Assembly (NCBI RefSeq): GCF_964355755.1
Contig: NC_092679.1
Coordinates: 6,354,201-6,418,200, forward strand
Direction of reading: 5' to 3'
DNA: 64,000 bases
Origin: Antedon mediterranea
Lineage: Eukaryota; Animalia; Echinodermata
The notes below the pieces were generated by a model. It had not been told where the DNA came from. It ran no database searches and saw only the letters and a list, made by a program, of their open reading frames with translations. This document shows positions 15,101 through 30,100 of this stretch, one piece after another; within the stretch, counting starts at the first letter, position 1; the number at the start of each line of letters is the position of its first letter. A program made the position numbers and the translations under genes.

Positions 15101-18100
15101 TTAACAATTATTGGCATCATTAATGTATACATACAGTGAACACCTGTTTTGTGTGTAATGAGACATGGATTATTCATTTCAAATATGTAAATTAGCAATT
15201 CATTCAAGGATGGTATGAAGAAACTTTGTTATTTAGTTACTGTAATAATTAATAATGATTAATAATTTATTCCAAACTTCACTTTTACAACAGTCGCACA
15301 CTTTGATGATAAAGGTGCGTCCGAATAATAATGAAACAAAATACATGTTGTGTGAAATACAGCATACAAGAATAAACAAAAAAACTTAAAATGAATCAAA
15401 ATAAAGATTATAATGGTGTGTATAATAATACACAACACTAAGGCATAAAATAAACAAAGACACTTATAAACTTATCAACATTAACTAGAAATCAAAATGA
15501 CACAAAAATAACTGTCTACATAATCGGTTCTTCTAATTTTAGCAACAATCATTCTCAACCAATGTATGTAGAAATCATGTCTTCAATCTAATATTAATCA
15601 TTCAATGTCTCCATTTTTTAATTACACATGTCAAACACATGTAGGAACCCCCATTAACAAACTTTGTACATAATATTTTAATCTTTTTAAACCAGGAATA
15701 CAAGCCAACTATAATCAAATCAAAACATGACCTTATAAAAATCTTTTTTTTATTTCTATTCTAGCTCCACTTCTCTCGATTTCAATTATAACTTTGAATC
15801 TGTATGATGTACAAACTCCTCAAAAACTACATTTTCTTGATATCTATTTAATCTGTCTTAAAATTTAGTCTTCCGTTTTTAGCAAGAAGACAACCGCAAC
15901 CGAAGTTGTAAAACATGACCTCTGTGTAATGACTGGATGTCGTACTCAATCTTTCATTATGCCGATTTTAATTATCCATCAGTCAAATGTAAAATGTACA
16001 CACCCAACCCCTAAAAAAGTACCATATATGACTGAGTGTAGTCACACCCTCATGTATAATCTAAATTCACTGATACAAGACTTTTCTAAATCCCAAGCTT
16101 GAGTATTAATCCCATGCTTGAGTATTAATCCCAAGCTAAGATAATATAACCCGAATTTAATCCCACCCCCTAATATTTGTCAACTTTGATATCAATTCAA
16201 TTCAAAATTCTTTGTATTTAAACACACTTGTTTTATTTTCTGTAGGGCAGAAGCATGGGAGATGTTTTACTAAAGACCAGTGTGTGACAGATAGTTTATC
16301 AGGTTTTATGTCCGAAATGGATTGCTGTTGCAGTGGAATCGGCAAATCATGGGGTGATACATGCATCACATGTCCAGCCCCTGACACAAGTAAGTCTATA
16401 AATTGTCATACGAACATTCAGAAATCACTGGGTAAAAGCACCAACTAAATTTGATTTTATTCACTTAGAGTATCTTTGACTACAATAGAATTACTATTTA
16501 AGTGTACACCAGGACTTAGCATAGCATAGTTTTCAATTAAGATCACTTTAAAATCTTACTGAATAACATTACAAGTCAAACTGTCTTCTTCACGACCTGA
16601 TTTTAATGAAATTTAATATAACCAACAGCTTTCATCATTGACACTATAGTTTGACCCAACTTTCCGATTCTTCTTTAACAAACTTGGTGTACGTAACATG
16701 GAAAACATTTCAAGATGATTTAGCAGTATTTGTTGGTACATTTTTATATGAAACCAGTGAATTGAGCGCACCATGGCGGATATTATTGTTTGCCAGCCCA
16801 TGCTTTACTTATTATTTTTTTCATGGCAGGCTAAATTTCCACGAACTAATACACATTGGAGAAAACTGAATTCAAAACTTAACCAAATACAAGGGTTACT
16901 CCAGGGTTAACATCTCTATTTTATTTGTGGCACTGTAGCTTGGTAGGTAACAAGCTTGCTTACCAATCTCAAGGGCATGGTTCAAATCATGTTATGGTAC
17001 CTGAAATTTACTCATGATAAAATAAGGATCTATCAATCTCAAATTGGCTATATGTATAAATATAAATATTAAAAGTGATACCACAGTATATTTTACTCTT
17101 TGGTGAGAAGTAATAGTTGTACAGTAAAACCCCTATTAAGGGGAAACTTTCAGTCCCACACTTACGTGTCTCCTTACTAAAATATACCTTTGATTCATTC
17201 ATTCTGCCATATACAGTATGCAATTTTTGTTGTTGGTATATATTCCTTGCTATCATTCAAATGATGTACCTTTTTTATGAAAACCAGCTGGAGGGAATAA
17301 TAACAGTATGTTAACTTTATGTTGCCAACTAGGCCTCTTTAGGTATTTCAATTATACCTCTCATATTATAACTTATGAAAACTTCACAGTTATCTCTCAC
17401 ATTAAAAACTTTACATCCTATTGATGATGTGCACCGGGTCAAACTCTTTAAATTAATGGTTGAAATTAAAGTATATGTTGATTGTTTATTGACAGTAAAG
17501 GTAAATAAACATGATTATATACAAACCATGATGGACATGTACAGTTTCCATAAACATGTCATTGCCGCATCCTAGAATATGTGTTGTTATTTCTTTAATA
17601 TAAAGGTGGCTTTTTGATGTAACTTAATAGTGAACATCCTTTTTGCAACATTTTTAACAACTGTTTGGCAATGATATAAAGTTACAAACACATTTTGTTC
17701 AAAAATTCAGCTACAAAAACATCCTTTTCAGCAAAATTTCTTCTTTTTGCCCAGAATTTCAGTAAATAAAAACTGTCTTTATATTAAATCCTAGCTTAAT
17801 CTTTACAATTGCTTTTATTTCCAGAATTTCAGTAACTAAAAACTCTCTTTATATTAAATCTTAGCTTAATCTCTACAATTGCATTTTTTGCCCAGAATTT
17901 CAATGTTTAAATCATTCAAATTCAACCCTGACAAATAAAAGAGTTATGACAAAATGGAAAATTACAATATGACAATAAATCAAAACGTGCTTTAGAAGAG
18001 GTTGGTTCTCACGGTAGAATAATGAGTAGACTGTTCTTATGAAACTAAACCTTCAGTATTTAGGTATTTTGAACACCTCCTTTGGGACATTTAAAAGTAA

Positions 18101-21100
18101 CACTTTCTAAAAAAATGAACAAGTGAAAAATGTTCTAACAATGTGACCAACCAACACACAACCATTCATACTGTAGGGCAGCTGTATTAAGGCCAATGTG
18201 ACCAACCAACACACAACCATTCATACTGTAGGGCAGCTGTATTAAGGCCAATTTAGCAACCAACACACAACCATTCATACTGTAGGGCAGCTGTATTAAG
18301 GCCAATTTAGCTAGATGTGCGGTAACGGTAAATGGAAAACTGCGTAGCTTGTCCCATGTATAGAAATCTGTATCTATCATCAGTGGAAACTGCCCATCCG
18401 CTTATAAGGAATAACATAGTTTCTATATTATTGTTACTGCTTGTCTGTGTAAATCGGCCTCTAAGGGCTCTACTATTCAAGATTCAAGACATTTTCTTTA
18501 AAAATACTGTTAAAAAAAGATTAACATTTAAAATTAAAAATTACAACAAATAATCATGACATACTTTATGTGGAATAATGATTTAAAAGTTTTGTTTCCT
18601 CTGATAATTTGTTAGAGTTTCTAGCTTCAGGAATGTTTCAAAAATGAGCTGTTATACCCTGCAGGTGTTTGTCATTCATGTGCAAATTCCTATCTATCAA
18701 TGTTAATAATAGTTTGTGAAATTCAATTCAATTCTTTATTTGGTCCAATATAAAAATACATTAGAAATTCCTCTTATATACACTGCAGAGATAATAACAA
18801 TATACGTACATGCAGAAAACAGTCAATATAGAAAATCACTAATAAAATATCAAAAAGTCTACGATCCAGGTGTTCTCTCCATGAGTTAGCGCTGGACAAG
18901 TTTGTTATAGGTGACAATAGACTGTGGGACAAATGATTTATTGTAGCGTTTAGTACGGCTTTGAGGCAGACGGATACGAATATTTGATGGAAGAAAAATG
19001 TATTCCTTATGGAGCGGGTGGTCTGTTTGGGAGAGTATACGTTTTACTAAGGAGAGAACACCTGCATCGTAGTTGAAATTAAGAACGGATACATCAACTC
19101 CAATAACCCGCCCAGCCCTTCTGGTAATTTTATTTAATAGTTCCTTATCTTTTTCATATAAACAAGCCTCCCAGATAATTCTACAAAAAGATATAACACT
19201 AAGTATGGTTGACTGATAGAACAGTATAAGAATTTGTTTACTAACATTAAATTTCCTAAGTTGTCTTAACAGATATAGCCGTTGTTGTCCTTTTTTATAG
19301 AGTTTTTTAATGTTATTACACCAGTCCAGCTTTTCGTCTATTATAGTTCCTATATATTTACTCTGGGACAACTTTAATTAACTCATTTCCTAAATCCGGT
19401 GTTCATAGAAAATATATAGCCTGTGGGTTACTTTGACAAAGTGTTCTTTTTTTTATCCATGTTTAAAATGATTCAATCATATTTCCCCATATTTTTATTC
19501 TAACATTTCAACGTAACAAAATGTGTATAGCATGGTATAAACGTAGATCTCGATTACACCAGCAGTGTGAAGTCAACTGATACTAAGTATCCGTCAATGA
19601 CGGCCATGTGTCTTGAGAAGAAGACGGCTACAAGACCAATAACAGTAATCACTGCACCTATTGGTTGAAGGGGTATTGAAGAAATGTATTGAAAACTGTC
19701 CCAAATTGTATTTTAATTTCAGCTGGACGTTTAAAATTTGATGTGTTATTTTAAAAACGTTTTATAACTTGAACATTTTCTTTTATAATTATTTCAATTT
19801 TGTTTTTATTATAGTGGAGTACCGTGCACTATGCCCACAGGGTAACGGCTACAAGTATTTACCTGCAAAAGTACCAGACACAGACACAGAAGGTGGGTAA
19901 CAACATTGTAATTCTATCTAAATTCGGATTAACCATAGTGCCTACAATGATCAGTACACTGGTAAACACTCTATTTCTACAAGTATGTATTTGCAAAATA
20001 AACCATCATAAACCAGTTATTCTACAGTTTTTTTTTTTCTGCATGACTTGGCTAATGACAAATTGGCACTAAATCAGTATAGGACACAGCAGGATCTTAA
20101 AGTAGAGTTTTATTTAAGGGGCGAGCACGCAAACTAATTCTACTAATACTTTTAATGAATTATTTGGCATTATATCACTGTCTCTTGGCTTTAACCATTT
20201 GAATATTTCAACTACTAGTTCAGGATATTAAACTATTTTGATTGGACACTAAGGTGTCATTTTGGATTTCCTTTCTTCTGTTGATTGTTTTGAACTGCAT
20301 TATCATTCATTTATATCAGTTTTTATAGCTTTACTATTATAAAAAGAAAAATTTAGGTGGAGGGGTAGGGGGTTAAAGGTATATCACCTATTAACACAGG
20401 TAGAATTTGGGTGTAATGGACCCTAAGGGGTAACAATTCACCTTCTATCTGAACACGTATAAAAAAATTGAGCATGGTCTCTAAAGCTTCGTCTACACTG
20501 TCAAACTAGTTTGACAAAGTTGTGCTCAAATATGGTAGTGATATGACATCATCATGTCCAAATAATATAGCTTTAAAAGTACAGTAGTACACAACACAGA
20601 TAGAAGACTTTAGGTACTCATAACATTTTATGCGAGAAGTCTAAAGCTCTATATACACTATCAAAGTTTATGTGACAAAAAAATGTGATGTGCCCATACA
20701 GTATATGGACATGATGATTTTATCACTACCACATTTGGGCATATCACTACCATATTTGGGTCTGTCACACTTTTTTTTTGTGTCAAACTTGACAGTGTAG
20801 ATGGAGCTTTAGGATAATGATTTGTTCATTTACATTTTTCAGTGGTTCATGACTCAGGCAGCCCAACACAAACAATGTGTGAAAAATTTAACAACTTGTG
20901 TTCAAATGGCAAATGCGTCGGGACAGATCAACGGTCATACACCTGTACTTGTAATGAGGGGTACCAAACCTCAAGTAACGGTCTGGCTTGTGTGCGTAAG
21001 TGCCATAGTATATTTTATTTTTATAAAGTTATTTTTTATAAGGTTTTCAAGTCCAGTGGGCTTATTTTTCTTATTATGTTACAGTTTAGTAATAGCCTAT

Positions 21101-24100
21101 GATACAGGGATCACATGTGTACATGTTATACATGTATCACAGAATTTGAAAAAAAATGATAGATACAACAATGGGTATCAGTCAGGTACAGTATTTTCTT
21201 TTTGTATTATATAAGATTGGTGTATTTTTTTTTACAGCTAAAGCTGTTGATAGGTGTGCAGCAAACACTAATCTTTGTCCAAATGGACGTTGCGTCAGTC
21301 TAAGTTCAAGTTATCGGTGTATATGCGATGATGGATATCGTCCCACAACTAATTCTGCTTCATGTATTCTGGGTAGGAATACAAACTTTTTAATTGTTAT
21401 CAATAATAATAATAATAGAGGCATGTTTCTTGTCAAAAGCCTATAAATAGATAATAATATTTAGTGGTTGACCTCATTCCAGTCAAAATTTGTTTACATC
21501 CTAATTTTGTTGACATTTGGGTTCAACATTTTACTGAAGAAGCCACCCTAAAAAACATTTTCACTTCTGTCAATTATTATTATTTTTGTGATCATGCAAA
21601 TTTCTCATTCACTACTATTTTTTTTTTCAACTAAGATCCGGGATGGATACTCTACATTAGCATATAGTTGTACAACACTTCAAAGAAATTGTATTTTTTT
21701 TCATCAATTGCATGTTTTCTTGCAGCTACACCAACAAACAAATGCACGTCAAACCGTAATTTATGTCCTAATGGGCGCTGTATAATGTCCGGTTCAAATT
21801 ACCGATGCATATGCAACAGTGGTTATAGACCCTCTAGTAACGGGGCAGCTTGTATCGGTAAGTCTCTATATAATAATATAGTATCGTTTTTATTCAGCCT
21901 TTTGCTTTCTCCATTGAGATCCAGCCACTGATACCCACAGCATTGTCATTTTTCAGTGCTTATTTTATTTTGTATCTCCATTGAGATTCTGCCACTGATA
22001 CCCACAGCATCGTCATTTTTTTCAGTAATTTGCCTTTGGATTTATAATAATATAATATATATACAATTTTCATTAAATATCTTGAAATAAGGATCCATAA
22101 TAGTTTCTTACTTTTATAATTCAGCTGTATCAACAGATTTTTGTGCAGTCAACCGTAACCTGTGTACAAATGGCCGATGTGTCAGCTCCGGTGAAACCTA
22201 CAGGTGTATGTGCAACAGTGGTTATCGACCTACAAGCAATAATGCTGCCTGTGTGGGTAAGTCATGGATAAGTGCATGTAATGTGAGTTTCCTCAATTAA
22301 AGATGGCCAATCTGGTATAATACTTGGAATAGGAGATATTTTTTGGCATGGCTTGATCGCTTTAATGTGTTTGTGTGGCTTGAGTCATGTGTTTTATTTA
22401 AATTGACTACATTATAAAGAAAAAGATGATTGCACTTTTTAAGTTTCAATAATCCATGGATTAATGAATAGAAGGATACGTATCGACAGTGACATCAAAC
22501 GATTTTCCAACGCGCTAGCCTATACTAAAGCACTGCTGCCAATCAAACAAAGATCTTTGAACTCTGTGTATCTAACCGTGGCCCTCTATAGAACGCTGTG
22601 AATCAACTGTTGCAAAGAGAACAAAACGTAGCCATATGTAGAAATAGTATGCGCAGTCTGATTTTTCTATTGACTGCATCTGCGTTGATTAATTGACAAC
22701 AAGAAGATGTTGCTGAGCAATTGTTTTAATTTCATCACATCACACATTTCATCAATCGGACTACGAAAAGTTCACTTTCTTACGACCGTAATTTTAAGTA
22801 TTTGGTAATATTAATAAAATATGCAATTTTTATATTTGAATTATCATATTGTCCTGCAACCTCCTGAAATAAAAAATTACGTTAATCTATAGAATATTAA
22901 ATTATGCATTTGACCATGTATGTTGTTACCATGTGCAGTGGTGTACAGTACAACAAACATGTTTTTAATATATGACTATAAAGCATTGGTTTCTTCATGG
23001 ATCTCCTTAAATATCGATGTGATTATATTTAAATTGTAGTGCCTGGTGATTGGCTAGTGGTTATGTCATCCACATCACAGCCAATCAACGGGCCTTCTTA
23101 TCTATTCCTTAATCCATGAATAATCCTACAGTATATACAATGTGGACACTGTAGTTTTGTGAACTTCCTAAACCAGTATATGTCATTGAGAATGATTAAA
23201 AATTATGTGAATTTATTTATGTATCCAAGTCAAATGACTCTACCTAAAGGATTTACAGAATAAAATTCATCAAAATATTTCGAAAGACTTTACTCGGTCA
23301 GAATAGTCTTTGATGTACAGTGACATATCAGGAAATTGAAATGTTTACGAATGACACGGACATACAGATGATGAACCAAAGGCTGAAACATTAAACAATA
23401 ACATGTTTTCATTTATAAAATAAAATTCATTAAAACATTTCGAAAGATTATACTCGGTTAGTACAGTGTTTGACATACAGTGACATACCAGCAAAGTGAA
23501 ATGTTTACGAACGACACAGACATACAGTAGTACAGATGGTGAACCAAAGGCCGAAACATTAAACAATACAATGTTTTCGTTTATAAAATATAATATATTT
23601 ACAGCAATTCCTACCGATAAATGCGCAACGACCCCCAATCTTTGTGCTAACGGTAGATGCGTGAGTGCCGGTAGCAATTACCTATGTATATGTAATAAGG
23701 GATACCGTCCCACAAGTAATCGACGCACTTGTCTTGGTAAGACAACTTTAAGCATGTATCTGGACTATGCTGCTTGAGTCAGTCCTTCTCTTAGTTTGTT
23801 GTATCATCGTCATTTTTATATCTGAAACAAATCAAGTACTGAATAATATAATAAGCCTTGATCTTCACTTCTATTTCAGTATTCTGCGGATTATGCTATT
23901 CAGATTTCGTTACTTTTATGCTTTAAAATGATATACTAATACTCAGACTGGTAATTTCCAACACTGTAAAATGTTGGTCATGGGCAAATAGTCGAGAAAA
24001 TGTTTAGTAAACAACAATATCCAGCTGGATCAGTTTGGGAGGGGCTTATAAACTGACGAAATGTTCTAGTAAGGGCGTGTGGCGCAGTGTGTTGGACATT

Positions 24101-27100
24101 CGACTACTGATCGTGAGATCGAGGTTTGAATCCAACTCTAGCCGCATAGCTTGTATCCTTAGACAAGATACTTTACTTACGTTTGCCTCTCTCCACCCAG
24201 ATGTATAAATGGGTACTCAGTATAGATCAAGACACAACTTTGCGCTGATTACTAGCTGCACTATGGGAGTATGTTCCCATATGTGTTTGATCAGGAAAAA
24301 ATGACTGGGGTAATAATGTTCAGTGCTTAGAGGTTTCACAACATTAGGCACTATATAAATCCACGATATTATTATTAATATCTAGCTAGATCAATTTGAG
24401 ATGGGCTTATAACTGAGGAGATGTTCTAGTAAACATCAATATCCAGCTGATCAGTTTGGGATGGGCTTTTAAACTTATGAAATATTTAGTAAATAATATC
24501 CAAATATATATTAACACTAACAATATGCTGTAATATCATCATTCCTATAACATTGATATCAGTTACCGAACAGCATGTCACCTACACCTGGAGATGTTCC
24601 ATAAACTCCATATACTATCTATACCTGTAATTTTGTTAAAAATTAACATTATTTTAAAAGCATATGGTAGTTTCTATTACATTAGCAATAATAATCTTTC
24701 TAAATCATGTGAATTTTATTCTACAAATCCATTTTACTGTAAAGCATGATATGATAATCATTTGATGATATTCTAAATAATAGTAGTTCTTTTTTTGCTC
24801 TGTTAAACTTTTTTGCTAATTTGTAAGTATACATGCAGTAATTCAAAATTATTATTTTCCTTTTTGAAAAGAGAAATATCTGATCATCATTGTCCCAATA
24901 GTATATATTTATTAGTTTTGTTATAGATAAGTAAACAATAATTAATGAAAAGAGAAGACAATATATTTTTGCCTTTACATTTTCGCCAATGTAGCCAAAT
25001 GCTACACAACACCACCTTATCACTGCGTATTTATCAAAATTATGTTTCGTACTCCAAATTCAGATTTATCAGCAGTTGAAAACGTTCTTCCTTCTTTCCG
25101 ATGCTATTAATAATAGTTAATGCCTTTGGTCTTTTCAGCCGTAGCGACAGACAGATGTGCAGCGAACCGTAACCTTTGCAGCAATGGCCGCTGCATCAGC
25201 TCTGGTTCCAGTTATCGATGTATATGCAACAGTGGCTATAGGCTTACAAGCAGTGGTACAGCATGTATTGGTAAGACGTACTGACTTATTAAAAACATTT
25301 GTTAATCAAGTAGAAAAGATTTGATTTTAATCTTAATGACTTTTCTATTTCTTGTAGCTTATTCTATTAACAGGTGTACGCCAAACCTTTGTGCAAATGG
25401 TCGATGTGTAAATCTAAACACTGGGTATCGGTGTATCTGTAACCGTGGATATCATGCTAATGACAACGCTGCTTCCTGTATTGGTATGTTTATTAAACAT
25501 TCAAATCTTTACCTTATTTCGGCGCCATCATCCCATGTTAAATTTAAGCCGACTGAAGCCTTTGCCATTCCTTGCTGTCCTAGCCCAAGTTTTACCTGTT
25601 TAAGATGTCGTACATGTTTTTCTCTTCTCCTTCTTTCGCAATTCTCGGCTGCCATTCCATCAATCTTTTGGTCCATCTCTTTTCTCATTTAATTATTTGG
25701 AGAATTGGTTTGGAGTATTGGAGATAGTGCTTGCACTGTTGGCAATCCTCAGGGTACTCCAGCCACACTTGTTTGTATAATGTTGGTTCTTTCGAGTCAT
25801 ATGGCGAGTCATATGGCCGAGCGGTTAAGGCAGGGGCGCCGTTTACCGTACCTAAAGAGCCAACAACAACATCGGCAAGGGTTCGAGGCCGACTCGCTCC
25901 TAGTTCTGGTGGTGGAACAAGTCTTCTCGGATAAGGACTATAAACCGTAGGTCCAGTGTACACAGTTATAACATGTGTGTACTTTAAAGAACCCAGTCCA
26001 TTATTCGAAAAAGAGTAGGGGGTTACCCCGGTGAACTGGTTCACACAATAGCCCCTGTATCAGGGGGATTACCACCTATCTGATAGGACAGTGATTAATT
26101 CACTATTGGTTATCCTTGGCCACATTGCCTAAAGACATAAAATAAAAAATAAATAAATATACCTGGAAATTGAATAAATAAAGAACATGAGGTTGAAGAA
26201 GACTGTTATACAGAGTAATGAGAATGTGTAGAGGGAAAATATATCTTACCTGCCCATCGCCAAGGCTTTTTTCTGTTATTCACATATATAAATAAGTTAT
26301 ATTTTAAGCTTGGTTCTTACTAGCGATGCAACAAAACACAATCTACGCAACAAAAGAAAATGCCCTTCCAATCATTGTGTTTGCCCCCGCCTGCGTGAAA
26401 TCAAACCTGCTGTGTTTGCAGCATTATTGCGTCGTCGGTTCCCACTTGTGATTATGCAATACAACACTTTGCGTCGATATGTCGCTGCGTTGCGTTCTAG
26501 TGGGAACCACCTTTAAGCAAACTTCTTTTGTATTTCTGCATGCTACTACAAAAGCAGTGCACACTTTGTTATCAGAGTTACTTTGAAAGTTACTAAAATG
26601 TTACCTCTTGAAGGAATATATATTTTATGCTATTGATCCTAAGGGGGTAGTGCACTTGATGATTGTTTATGAAGGGTGATCAGGTCGTTCGATAGAGTTA
26701 CCGGTAGCGTGGATCGTGGTTGTTGCTTGCAGTTTCCAAAATAATTGCTTCTAATGTTCATTTGTAACAATATATTAATTAAAATGTTAACGCTTCAGAT
26801 GTGAATGAATGTTCATTAAATAACGGACGGGCAGTTTGCATACACGGTACTTGTACCAACACACCAGGAACATACCGATGCGATTGTGGTAAAGGTATGG
26901 TTCACCGTGGAAATCATTGCATAGGTTAGTAGCTATGTTTCATTGTTTTTTCTATCTAAACAAATCAAGATTGTTTTTCTTTAGATTTCAGCAACTTGGA
27001 CAGAAAACAGTAACTTTCTATTCTATAGGCCTACACTTTGTTAGGTATTCCCTGTATAATACCTGTATTTAATGTTTCATAACACACATACTGTTCTATT

Positions 27101-30100
27101 TTTTTTACATGAAAGCCCCATAGGAATAGGCTAACAATCAAAATCCTTATTTTGTATTTTATAATGATTTTAACAGCAGACAATGCTGACGTATATAGGT
27201 CACACAACCTCCCACACATCCTTATAAAAACATTGCAATACTTTCATTTTTAACATTTGTTCTAGTGTAACATCTGTAAAAACATTTCATTCACTATCTA
27301 CTCTGTACATTTCTAAACATTTCCTGAAATATTTACTGCAGTAACAGCATTTCTCACACGGTTCTGAGCAATTCCTTCCACCTCTGTCCAGTTGTAGCCA
27401 GCATCCTTCACCTCTTTATCCAGTTCTCTCCTCCATGTGTTCCTTGAGCGTCCTCTATTTTGTTTTCCTTGGGGATTCCATGTTAGGGCATGCCTAGTTT
27501 TGTGTTTTGGTTTTGGATGACCAATCCATTTCCATTTCCTTCTGCCAATCTCAATTTCCACTGGCTCTTGTCCAGTCCTAACCCAGAGGTTATAAAGGTG
27601 CGCATTTATTTTCTATTTTTAGATGTTGATGAGTGCAAACAGGGTGACGTATGTAATGGTGCGCCCTGTATCAACACACTGCGTAGCTATGTGTGTATGA
27701 CGCCTAATTGTAACACCGGATATACCTACAAAGATGGCAAATGTGTTGGTATGATTGTTAAAATACTGTTACATTTTTTCAGAGAGGAAAACAAACGAAC
27801 AAAACAAAAAAGCAAATAATAAAATAAGAACACAATAATTTATATCGGCCTGAGTAGATGTGACAATTATAAGATCGCAATGAATTGTTTTAAAAATATG
27901 TTAAAATACATTTTTTTACCTGTTATTTCATATAATTTACATTATAGAAGAATAATAGAAAATTATGAAAAAAAGGTGGATATTACAGAAAGAAATATAA
28001 ACGAAGCAATTCTACGAACATACTATATTTATTAAATTGTTCTTGATTATATTTGCACAATAGAAAATATGAGGTAAAAAAAATCCGAATAACAATGAAT
28101 ATGATATTAGATATATTGAAATAATGTATTGATCTTTTGAAGTTAATATGAATTAGTGGTGGTAAACATTACGCAAGAGAAAAAACAAATTAACATGATT
28201 ATTATGTACAGTATTATTATTCCCACTGGTGCATCCCTTTAAACATGAGATTGTATTTTTAAATATAGCGCTATCGTATATGTTTTTCAGATGAAAATGA
28301 ATGCGATAGCCAGCGTAACATTTGCCCTAACGGAGATTGCGTGAACATTGAGGGAGCATACCGTTGTTATTGTTATGATGGCTTCCGTGCTATTAACCAA
28401 CGTTTATGTCACGGCAAGTTTATTTTTTGTTTTGTATGTTTATTAATTCATAAGTTATTTAGTGTATGTTTTTGAACACAGATTACTGAAATAGACAACA
28501 TGATATATTTTCAACAAAGTATATTTAAAAATGTATTGTCAACATGAAAAAAGGTGTATAAAATCAAACTTTGAAAAGGCCATTTTATAGTTTAAATAAC
28601 GTTATTCACTTTTGCCAAATAAAAACAAACCAAAAAACACGATTTCGCTTATAAAAAAAGACAAAATAAACAGTTACATTTAACTAGAAACCTATTGAGT
28701 TCCAGACAATGAGATTACGGTTATATATTCAATCATCAGATACTTAATTTTATTTGTTAAATAGAATAACTATATATGCGACATTAAAATGAACTATTCA
28801 TCAAATTAAAAAATAATCAATTTTGTTTTAAACAATATACAATATGTAAACATTAAAGTTTTTTTTGTGATTTTTTTTTCTATCAATTTATTTAGCCAAT
28901 TAAATGTTAAGCTGTGTAATTATTCTAATGTGAGAGGTGGTTATCGATTTCCTGTTTGTATTCAAATAGGGCATGATATTATTAAATTCCAATTAATTTT
29001 AAAATATCTTGTAAAATATTGCGTTACACACGCCTACATCATAATTAGAATATTGCTTTGTTTTGGACAAATTGTTATTATAGCAAATTATTATTTTATT
29101 ACTTAAAATTGTTTTTGCCAAAAACACAATTGTTGTCTTTATCCACTAGGACCTTGTTCTGTCTCTATTTACAACAAAGAGGTTAAGTAGAGAACAAAAA
29201 CCTAGTTGGGAATTTACACAGAAATGAGCTACAGTAGTAAGCATGATTTATATAGAAACAGTACTAAACAATCTTAATTAAGCTCCGTCTACACTATCAA
29301 ACAAAAAAGTTTGATGGACATGATGTCATATCACTACCATATTCGGACATATCAACACCATATTTGGCACATCACACTTTTTTTTGTCACATTGATAGTG
29401 TAGACAGCTTTACTAAATGTTTTTATTTTAGTTTGGATGTCCATCATCAAATTTGCATTTCAAGCTGTTGGGAATTTTAGAATGTAGACAACCTCTTTGT
29501 TACTGCGTTCCTATGTTGATGACATTCAAACGATTCTGAAACATCAGCCGAGACTTCTGTTTCATGACAGCCCCTGGGGGTGGTCATGTCCCGTTATTTT
29601 TTCAATGCAAAGAGAATCACTTTAAAAGAATTAATTTGAAAGTTAAAACAGCTGAACTTTTTGTTATGAATGATACAAAAAAAAACTGCTGTAAAGACAA
29701 ACAAATTTAAGTTTAGACTAATAATGAAGATTGTGTTTTTAAAAATCCAAAGTAACGTTGAACTTACCACCACCTTGAAAAAGTGCGATGCTAACGCACG
29801 AAACGTTGGTAAGTTCAACGTTAATTGTCCTTCACTAAAAACGAAAATTTGATTCTAAAAATATTTTTGGGAAGGAGATGAATTTATTCAATTTTATATT
29901 GTATGTATTGTTATTTTTGCCATTATTGAAATTAATAAATTTTCTTGAAATTTAATGAAACTTTTATGATAAAAGGTTTTATAGTAAACTGTAGTTAATT
30001 CTGATAATGCAGTATATATATTTTTTATTTAGCACTGTTTTTTTTAAATGATTTTATTTGACTTGTGTTATTTGAACACATGCCAAAAGAAGGCATTGCT

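Noticed and set aside
18886-19371. Nested antisense protein-coding gene
   Set aside because: It is the C-terminal part of a 5'-truncated LINE ORF2 with its 3' tail.
25806-25900. tRNA gene
   Set aside because: A and B boxes are present but I could not fold a cloverleaf, and a SINE body follows; the same applies at 24072 and 38990.
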